A stretch of 64,000 nucleotides of DNA, taken from the NCBI GenBank assembly GCA_951406725.2, contig OX597822.1, forward strand, positions 32,426,001-32,490,000, read 5' to 3'. The position numbers and the translations under genes are program-made. Below are positions 53,883 through 64,000 of the stretch, in pieces. Source of the DNA: Octopus vulgaris (taxonomy: Eukaryota). The notes beneath the pieces are model-generated. The model did not search any database, had not been told where the DNA came from, and saw only the letters and a list, made by a program, of their open reading frames with translations. Position 1 is the stretch's first letter; each line of letters opens with the position of its first letter.

Positions 53883-54220
53883 TCTCTCCATTCTCGCAAT
53901 CTCATTTCACTGTTTTTGGATAGACTTGTGACTGGTGACGAAAATTGGATTTTCTATCGAAATGTTAAACGTCGTAAACAGTGGCTTGGTAAAAGGGAAA
54001 AAGCTCAACCACAACTGGTTGAACTTCATGGGAAAAAGGGTCTTCTCTTTATCTGTTGGGATTGCAAAGGAGTAATTCACTTTGAATTGTAACCACCTAA
54101 TGCAACAATCAATGCTCAAGTCTACTGTTAAAAATTAGAGCGTTTGAACCAAGCTTTGAATAAAAAATTACAGACTGGCTCTAGTGAATCGAAAAGGCGT
54201 AATATTTCATCAGGACATGG
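53883..54220 (+). pseudogene. Tc1/mariner (mariner-type) transposase fragment
   Basis: FLDRLVTGDENWIFYRNVKRRKQW, ELHGKK, WDCKGVIHFEL, TINAQVYC, LVNRKGVIFHQD across frameshifts. Confidence 0.88.
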
Positions 54221-54364
54221 AATGGAAATGCGTAAAGAGGCTCAACCACTCGGATCACTATCGGACATGGTGTTCTGGCCGTAAAAGTAGCTGTCATGCA
54301 ACGATTTGCACACATAATGCCTGCCATATACACACATATACATACATAAACATTTGTGGATATG

Positions 54365-54411
<47 letters not shown>

Positions 54412-55562
54412 ATGTGCATGCCTGTGTGTGTGTACCCCCGTGTGTGGGTGTGTGAATTTGTGTGTATGTGTGTGTACGCATATTTTTAGATGTCATTCGA
54501 AGTGTTTAAAATTCAATATGTTCCTTTTGTATGTATCATGTTATCTTCATGTGAATTAGTGTATGTGTTAATAAGTTACACTAATTTTCTTTTAACTTAA
54601 CAATTGTATATGTGAACAATACTTTCTAGAACTAAATATAAAACATACATTTGGTAAGTATTATATTCACTTATGGGGAATGCAGATTTATTATTCATAA
54701 CAGAGTAATGTCATACTTTGGGAAAACACTGAAACAATATATTTAAATAGAATTTGTGAAACACTAAATGCACAAATAGAAACAGCCTTTGAATGTATAT
54801 TTGGTTAAAGTTTAATATATATATAATTGATTCCCGGCATTTTCAATGTAAGTATTTGTTGTATGATTTGTTCTGAACATTTACAGTCGCACAATGTATC
54901 GGCACAACAGACGAATATCAAACTCAACAGCTGCCTAATTGACATGAAAGTGTAGAGGGGTTAATTTATGTGAAGCATTTTGCCCTCAGCTTTTTATCTG
55001 ATGCTATCCCTACGGTACGAGATCAGTTTTGCTACAAAACATCTATAATTAGAATTCTACTTAATAATACAAATATGCTAATACTAATCTCATTACTCAT
55101 CAATTAACTGCACAATTTGTCAACAGGCTCTCGGTGAATTTCATTTGCTAATTGAGCTTCGAATTTTGTAACGTTCGATATCTAATGATTAAATATGCAT
55201 ACATTTGGACGTATATCACAAATAAAGAAACATGGTGATAATGAAAGATATGTAATTGATTTTACATGCGATGCGTATATACACATAGAATCATTTATAT
55301 CTGCGTGCGTTTCTATGGAGTGTATATTTACACACACACACACACACACGTAAATATTTGTGTCTGTGTATGTACGTGTATGTGTGCGTATTTGTGTATT
55401 AAGGCTACCGCTGCTTTTGTGACTTCAAAAGGGAGACATACACCGATGTTCCTTGTGATAAGCTTTATAGTTGTTGAAGTATTCCTTAGCAAGAAAGGTG
55501 GCTTAGCATTAAATGGTGTCTTTAATGCACAAATAAATAATCTTTATATTTTCATTGTTCGA

Positions 55563-55607
<45 letters not shown>

Positions 55608-55614
<7 letters not shown>

Positions 55615-55945
55615 TAAATTAGAGATAAAACCACTATTAGGCAAATCATACAATGAAAAACTTAAGCCAATACGTAAGATTATTTAATTTATATTACTTA
55701 AATATATAACAAAATTATTTAAAAAATATAATTAATATTAATTATTATTTTTTAATAATTTTGTTATATATTTAAATAATATAAATTAAATAATCTTATG
55801 TATTGGCTTAAGTTTTTCATTGTATGATTTGCCTAATAGTGGTTTTATCTCTAATTTAATATAATATAATATTTTACTATAAAATTGGATTCAATCCTAA
55901 ATCTGATTTTTCCCTGTAAGTTTGGATTTATTCCCTAATATTTAT

Positions 55946-55950
<5 letters not shown>
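55608..55950. mobile_element. Fold-back element (same family as 4219-4467): ~128-bp arms (55608-55866) + tail (55867-55950) in (TA)n
   Basis: ttagagataaaaccactattaggcaaatc...gatttgcctaatagtggttttatctctaa. Tail tttactataaaattggattcaatcctaaatctg is the reverse complement of the 4260-4300 region. Confidence 0.82.
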
Positions 55951-55984
<34 letters not shown>

Positions 55985-57104
55985 TATATGAAAGAAGGTT
56001 TGAAAATACAATTTTGACCTGTTTCACTTTTTTAGAAAAATATTGTCAAAAGTAACGTGTAAAAGCTTTGTTGTGCTAGGTACCGGTTGTCACAAAATAT
56101 TACAATACATATAAACATTTTTTTTTATAATAATAAGAACACGTTAAAAACAGTTTACAAGGAAAAATCTTTGGAAAATATTAAAAATGTTCGTTAAAAT
56201 GACTGTTGTAAGAAGCATCAGTAAAGGAGGAAAAGAAGGATGCAAAATAATGCTCTGGGACAAAATAGAAACAAATGAATAATACAGAAGGAACTCCGTC
56301 AATAAACGTCAAGTACTTATGTTCGAATCAGTAGCTACCGATCCAAATAGGTGAAACGTTTCCATAGAAGTTTTTTTATAGAATATTCGCTGGTGCTTTA
56401 AAGAATCCACACAACGTTTTAAATACTGGCTTCCAAACTACTCACATGGACCGATTTTTCAATCACAGATGAACCTTGCATTATGAACGAACCAGGAAGC
56501 AAGTATTTGCAAATCGATCGGGTGTGTATATGTAAGCACGTGCTCATATCTACACACATATACAAAGACACGTAATTATATATGTGAATATTTGTACATG
56601 GTGTCTGGGTAGCTGTTTGAATCTATATCTGTGACAATGCATTGTATGTCTGTGTGTGCACATCTGTAAGATATCCTGTAATGTTGGACATAGCACGTGA
56701 AGATCTTGCCTGAGGACATATATTTGAAAATGACAATAATTATAATACAGAGTAATTCATTGAGAGACTGCCAACTGTTTAGGTAATTATAGGGGTAAAT
56801 ATAGTACTTAACACGTTCCTTCCTATTTCCTTCGAAATTTATCAATATTTATCATGATCAGACCAAATGACTTATGCCCGTAAACGGTATATATTTGGCT
56901 AAAATTCGCTTAGAATTTTAATACACTTATAAATGAAATATGCATATGTCAAATACAAGCAATCTCTCAGGGATACATTATCTCGTAGACATAGATACAG
57001 CTATATCATTAAGATATCTTCACTGTAAATATGTTCCTTTTATTATGCCACTGAGTGGATCAAAAATTGCTTCATGTTCGAAGCTAAAACTTGTCACAAA
57101 TCCG

Positions 57105-57153
<49 letters not shown>

Positions 57154-57331
57154 AAGTGTGAGAAAGATTGAGAGAGAGAGAGGGAATGTACATAGATAGA
57201 TTTTCGGACCCTCGTACATCGAAACCGATGCATGGAGGAAAAAAAAGACAAGCACAAAGAGGCACACAAACACACATGTATATCTATATATGTATATATA
57301 TGTGTGTGTAAATAAATATATATATATATAT

Positions 57332-57406
<75 letters not shown>

Positions 57407-57479
57407 TACATATATATATAGAGAGAGAGATAGATATACATACACAAATACATATATATACATACATATATATGCATCT

Positions 57480-59235
57480 ACAATAACGTTATTAGTAATT
57501 GCACTAACGCTAGACCGCAAATTTATAACGACATCAAGACATCAATAAAGAAGCTAGTGTCATCGACGCTTGGTTTAAATTAGATAAAAAACAAATACTG
57601 GTCCTTCCCAAAAAACAAGTTGTCTTTATAACTATTAAAGACCATAAAAAGAAATTCCTATATAATCCTAAATGCAGACTAATTAATCCTGCAATATCAG
57701 AAATAGGTATAATTATTAAGGAATTTGTTTTTTAATTAATGCTAATGTTATAGGGGCAACTAATTTAGTACAATGGTCCAATAATATAGAAGTTGTTAAC
57801 TGGTTTAAAGCAATTAAAAATAAGAATTAAGCTAGATTTTCCCAATTTGATATTGTAGACTTCTATGCATCTATATCTAGAAAACTGCTAGATAAAGCCC
57901 TCACTTTTGCAGGCGATTTTACAGAGGTTAGTGAACAAGATAAGGATATAATCCTCCATGGTAGAAAACCTTTACTCTTCAGCGAGAAAGCAGAGTGGGT
58001 CAAGACAGCAGACACAGAGGGTTCTTTCGATGTGAGCATGGGGTCATATGATGGAGAAGGTATATGCGATCTCATTGGAATATTCCTGCTTGACACATTA
58101 GACAAAGCTGTTCCTGGTGTATATTTCGCTATTTATGGGGACGATACTCTAGATTTTACTAAGAATACCAATGGGCCAGTGCAAGATCGGTTAAGGAAGG
58201 ATATTATCCATCTTATGAAAACATATGATCTAAGCATAATAATAGAAACCTAACTTACGGTTGCCAATTTCCTTCACGTATCTCTAGATTTAGAAAAGAA
58301 TATTTACAAACTCTAGACTTAGTTATATTAATTAGATTACTGTCCCCGCCCACCCATAGTGTTTAGGAATTTAGTTAAGAATATTAGCAGGAGAATTTCT
58401 ATCCTCTCCTCCAATGTAGACATATTTAATAATGCTGCTCCACTATAAAACAATACTCTTAAATCTAGTGGATTTAAAGACGAAACAGCTTACACTACGA
58501 AAATACACAGAGGAAAATGTATCTGGTTAACACACACCCTTACTCCACCGAATTAACGTGTAATAGAGGAAAATATTTCTTGTCACTTATAGATAGACAT
58601 TTTCCAATACATCACAAATATAGGAAACTCTTTATAAGGCATAACCTAAAGATTAGTTTTAGTTCCAACCCAAAATTTAAAAGCACAATTACGCACAATA
58701 CAACACAATAACACGAAGTCGGTTGTTCCTGCAGGGATAAAGACTTGCGCCCACTAAATGGAGCCTGTATGACCGAGGCCATTATTTATGGAGCCACCGT
58801 AAATTCCACGAACGCTAACAATACAGTTTCATTCAAGAGATATGTGGGTCTCACAGGGGGAAATTTCAAAGCAAGATTCAACAATCACACCTTAAGCTTC
58901 AGACAATGGAATAGATGAAAAAACTACCAAATCAACCAATTATGTATAGTTCTTTAAAGAACAAAGTCTCAACTACAGGATTTACAGAATGATCTTAGCC
59001 AAGTGTAAATGTTATACAAAATGTAGTGGCAAGTGCGGTCTTCGCAATATGGAAAGATGGCTCATCTGGAAAAGTTCCTTTGACGCCGTTATATGTTTAA
59101 ATTCAAGAACTGGAATTTTGGGATCATGGCAAAAAATACCTATTATTGGTTTGGGCCTCGCAAGATCTCGGCTAGAAAGCGCATTTCTACTATGCTCCTG
59201 CGTAAGTTTTCTCATATGTTTTAACTTCCATTAAT
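57480..59235 (+). pseudogene. Decayed Penelope-like RT + GIY-YIG ORF (Naiad-like clade assignment tentative)
   Basis: Fragments across frameshifts and stops: IKDHK..NPKCRLINPAISEIG, FDIVDFYASIS, FDVSMGSYDGEGICDLIG, YGDD, NFLHVSLDL, FLSLIDRHFP, CSCRDKDLRPLNGAC, IIYGATV...YVGLTGGNFKARFNNH, KCGL, LNSR. Confidence 0.85.
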
Positions 59236-59283
59236 TTTTAATTTTTATTTTTTAAATTTTTATTTTATATATATATATATATG

Positions 59284-59314
<31 letters not shown>

Positions 59315-59899
59315 CATATTTCCTTTTTTTTCATTTTAAATTGTGTGAGTGTGTACGTGTGTGTATACATGTATGTATGTACATATATTATATGTATATG
59401 TGTGTGCGTGTGTATATATATATGTGTGTGTGTGTCCGTGTGTGTGTGTGTGTGTGGATATGTGTGTATGTATGAGTTCGTACATATATGTTTGTATGTG
59501 TGTGCATGTACATAGTGTGAGTGTGTACGCATGTAGACGTTGTGAACGCAAGAGGTCTATATTTATGTATCGTGAAAATATGCTTGCGTGTATTTTTTTA
59601 TCTTTTTTGTTTTTCCACCTATGAAAGATACTTCCCTTTTATTTGACGATTTTTCATAGCGTCTTTGGCATTAATAGCCGACGAGGAATTATCTTAGTCA
59701 TTGGTCGTTCCAGACTATAGAAGAAAACACTTGCCCAAGGTACAACGAGTGGGACTAAAGCACGAGTGATGTTGAAAAGCAAGCTTCTTAACACAATGCT
59801 ACGCCTACGTATGTATGAATGTATATGAGTATAAATTTTTTTACGTCTCTTAGTCTCATTGTTTGATACTATACATAGGTATGTATGTATGTATAACCG

Positions 59900-59940
<41 letters not shown>

Positions 59941-61107
59941 AAATAGAAAGATACAGAAGGAGCATATGTATATATATATATATATATATATTTAATCATT
60001 TCCATGTTTAATAATTTCACATTAACCCTCCTTACTTTCAATGTGTTTTAAATATAAAGCTAAATGTTGTCTGGATATATACTCTTGAAAATAGGAAAGA
60101 TGTGCAGAGCTCATTTTTCTGATATAGACAGGGCACAGTGTGTATATGGTGGCATGAATTAGAGCGTATTCAAAACAAATATGCACAATGATTCATACTC
60201 TTGACAGAGAGGGAAACTCAATCACAACTCGGTTAAGAGTTTCAAGACTATTCTATCTAAATATTGTAAAGTAACCCCGCCGTGAAAATCTCTAGTGCAA
60301 GAATGCGAAGGAATTCAGTTACAAAATCTTACATATATAAAATGATACTCTTAGAATACTGACTCGTTAATACAAATTGCAAGGAACGATTTTTCTTGTC
60401 TGCATACAACACCTATGAAACTTTAATCTTTCAAGTGCATTTCTATTACTGCCGCAAAATAAAGAGTTTTAGATTTGACATTTGTAACTTCTTTTTTTCC
60501 TTACACGAAATGCAATTACATGTAGTCGAAATAGCTTCCCGCACATGGTCATCATTCAGCCATGAAGGCCAGTCACCCAGTTTTATTAGAGTACCGTAGT
60601 CTGTTCGATATAAGGTGGGCCTTGGCCAAATATGCTGCCCTATAATAAATTACAAAATTTCTGAATTTATTGTGAATCCTGAAATTTGAAAGTTGCATAC
60701 TTGCGGATTAACTCCAGCTCAATTCGGTTTTACAGTAGCAATACTCTATTTGCTACCATATATTCACAAATTGAAGTACCGTAAGGGACACTATTAAACT
60801 GTGTTGAATAGTAACAGGAGATCAGAATGATTGTCCGTATCAGCTATTATATAAGGAGGAAGAGGCGGAAACTAATATCTCCAGTTCCATCCCATATAGA
60901 GGTGGCAATAGATATGCAAAACTAAACATCAACCGCTACAGTGCATGAAAAGCCAGAAAAACTTCTGTCACGGAGACATAAATGTTTGAAACAGGAAAGA
61001 AACATCCACACAAACATTTAGCTGAAGGGTAAATTAGCATTTAAAAAGGTAGTCGTTATAATTCTACTACACTGAAGAATCCTTGGATAAAATCGATCGT
61101 ATATATG

Positions 61108-61158
<51 letters not shown>

Positions 61159-61371
61159 ATGTATATGTATGTATGTACATATGTATGTATGTATGTATAT
61201 ATGTATGTATATATGAAAATATGCATATATGTATATATATATATATGTATGTATGTATATATGTATATATATGTATATATATATGTATGTATATATGTAT
61301 ATATATGTATATATATGTGTATATATATGTATATATGTATATATATATGTATGTATATATATATATGTATA

Positions 61372-61402
<31 letters not shown>

Positions 61403-61479
61403 ATATATATGGATGTATATATGTATATATATATATGTATGTATATATGTATGTATGTATATATATATATGTACTTATA

Positions 61480-61522
<43 letters not shown>

Positions 61523-61779
61523 ATGTATATATGCAAATATATGTATGTATACATGTATGTATATGTATACATATGTATATATGTATGTATATATATGTGT
61601 ATGTATATATATAGTATATGTATATATATAGTTATCCGTAATAATGAAGGGTGAAATTAATTAATTTGGAATAATTATCAATTACACCAAGTAGAAGAAA
61701 TAGCTATAACTCTTTGACTGCTATTTCTAAATTCGGTATGTGGTAAGGCAATTGTTGCCAAACCTTTATTGCTTAGTAT

Positions 61780-61834
<55 letters not shown>

Positions 61835-61835
<1 letters not shown>

Positions 61836-62048
61836 ATTCAAAATGTGACCGCGTGAGTACCGTTGCCGGTTTATTTCCTCTGCATTCCCTTCTCTAGATC
61901 TTTCCTTCTCCTATGTTTGCGACAAAGAGCTCCGCTTGAAACGTTAAACCACCCTTCTTTCCTTCTTTCCTGAGCGTCCAATAATACTATATTTGTTCCA
62001 CGTCCTCGCTTTGTATTTTTTTGTGCTTTCATGTTTGGATTAACTTTA
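61835..62048 (+). mobile_element. PLE-type 3' terminus (second subfamily) with degenerate hammerhead motif
   Basis: ctatgtttgcgacaaagagctccgcttgaaacgttaaacc...cctgagcgtccaataatac...gtttggattaac matches the reverse complement of 22745-22900. Flanked by TA repeats. Confidence 0.72.
61915..61949 (+). ncRNA. Degenerate minimal hammerhead motif
   Basis: GTTT-GCGACAAA-GAGC-TCC-GCTT-GAAA-CG-TT|AAAC. Homolog of the 22840 motif. Confidence 0.5.
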
Positions 62049-62253
62049 TATGCATATGTATATATATGTATGTATAAGCATATATGTATATATATGTATG
62101 TATATGCATATATGTATGTATATGCATATATATATATATATATATGTATATATATGTATTAATTTATGTATATATATATATATGTATGTATATACGTATA
62201 TTTATATAGATATGTATATATGTATATATATATCTGTATGCATGTATATATAT

Positions 62254-62310
<57 letters not shown>

Positions 62311-63139
62311 TTGATAAATAGATAGATAGATAAATAAATATATATATATACGTAAGTGTTCGTGTTTTGATGTGTGTGTGCCTATGTCTTGTGCGCATGT
62401 CATTTGTGTGGTGTGTCTCTATGTGGATGTGTGTGAGGTTTGTGTGATTGTGTCCGTCGGAATCTCTATTTATTTTCCCTTTCGTAAACTTGCGCCCATT
62501 TGCATCTGTGTATTTCGAGCTGCAACGAACCATTTCGATAAATTGATTACGATAAAATGACCAAAATATATCTACACGATCCACGAAAATCTATGAAAGC
62601 AATTTCCCATCATGGCTGAAGTCTAATAACTGAAGTTAGTAAATCGTTGAGAAAACATGAAAGACGATTCATTAACAATCCTTTATAAAGTAGAAATGAT
62701 TGTAGTTATTAATATGTACCATATATGCAATTGAGTCAGTGTTTATATGAGGCTAGTTTAGGGCTATTTTATGAAGCCTAAAATAGTAGGGAATAGTTTT
62801 CGGTTGAATGGGAAGCGAATTTTCTTGTTTAATCAATTGCTACTTTTATAATTGATATCTTTGTAGTCATAAGTTTTCCGTGATTGTCAGAACCAGTATC
62901 CAAAGACATTCGCAGCAATACTTTATACTTTTCGTTTCAGGAAAAATTAGTAATGGACCTTTTACGTACTGTCAACTCCTTTATTTTGAAAACTCAATAA
63001 CTCTATTTGAAATACATTGAAAGTATAAACTCAGATGTTCTATAAACATAATTTATATCATCGTGGTTTACATCTATAATGAATTACGTTGAATCGTGGC
63101 GTTTCCCTCTTTTACAACGATAGTGTGATTAAAATTTGC

Positions 63140-63554
63140 TTTACCTCTCTTTACTCTTTCTCTTTTACTTGTTTCAGTCATTTGACTGCGCCCATGCTGG
63201 AGCACCGCCTTTAGTCGAGCAAATCGACCCCAAGATTTATATTTTGCAAGCCCAGTACTTATTCTATCGGGCTCTTTTACCGAACCGCTAAGTGACGGGG
63301 ACGTAAACACACCAGCATCGGTTGTCAAGCAATGCTAGGGGGACAAACACAAACACATACACACACATATATATATATATATACATATATACGACAGGCT
63401 CCTGTCAGTTTCCGCCTACAAAATCCACTCATAAGGCATTGGTCGGCCCGGGGCTATAGCAGAAGACACTTACCCAAGTTGCCACGCAGTGGGACTGAAC
63501 CCGGAACCATGAGGTTGGTTAGCAAGCTACTTACCACACAGCCACTCCTGCGCC
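63140..63554 (-). mobile_element. SINE family C, full length
   Basis: Reverse complement of 13734-14175. Confidence 0.88.
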
Positions 63555-64000
63555 TATTGAATCTTATCCTAATATTTTTTTAGCATGTTGAGTAGGAACT
63601 GGGGGGCTTTTATTTCATATTGCAATCAGGTCGTGCGTTAAGAAGTATCTCACCTTACCATCATTCATATATTTCCTCCCGGTAATCAAATATATACGTT
63701 CTTCAATTATATAAGATAAACAATATATTCTAGACTTGAAAAAAATTAACATTAAACTTTTTATACTACAAATCTCAGTATTGATTTCGTTTGTCTATGC
63801 AATAGACCGAATAAAATAAAGAACAAATTCGGTGAACTAAATCGATCCTCGTATATCATTGATGCTTATTCTATCGACCAGAGAAAGTGAGTAGACAATG
63901 CTTAGACTTGTGGAATTTGAATTTAATTCATAGATAGATGAAGGTAAATACACCGAAGAGTGCTGGGGCGGAATCGAAGACAGACATACACTTACACACA

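Noticed and set aside
58720-59130. Selenocysteine recoding in the Naiad-like nuclease
   Set aside because: The expected Cys positions are TGT/TGC or CGC/TGG mutants, not TGA, and no SECIS was recognised.

Overview
AT-rich, microsatellite-saturated eukaryotic non-coding DNA. The SINE families resemble those of octopods, so this is probably an Octopus intron or intergenic region. No host protein-coding exon could be supported, and nearly all listed ORFs are (TA)n/(TG)n artefacts. The real coding content is all transposon-derived: (1) a young, 5'-truncated CR1-group LINE (4729-8550, -) with an uninterrupted APE+RT ORF2 and a CCCH zinc-finger ORF1, inserted in (TA)n; (2) at least two kinds of Penelope-like elements (PLEs), namely Neptune-like GIY-YIG 3' fragments and Naiad-like RT/GIY-YIG relics; (3) a mariner relic. 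At least three tRNA-derived SINE families are also present. The most notable hidden layer is RNA structure. About ten hammerhead-ribozyme (HHR) motifs in several architectures sit mostly at PLE-like 3' ends, and most have a palindromic helix III. Five fold-back elements share a 'tail + long inverted repeat' architecture and sit in TA/TG microsatellite tracts; one is a loop-less ~130-bp palindrome carrying two back-to-back hammerheads. Also seen: SINE multimers with a fixed junction, SINE heads with swapped tails, and a GIY-YIG domain split by a ~110-aa insertion. All folds were paired by eye and have not been computed.
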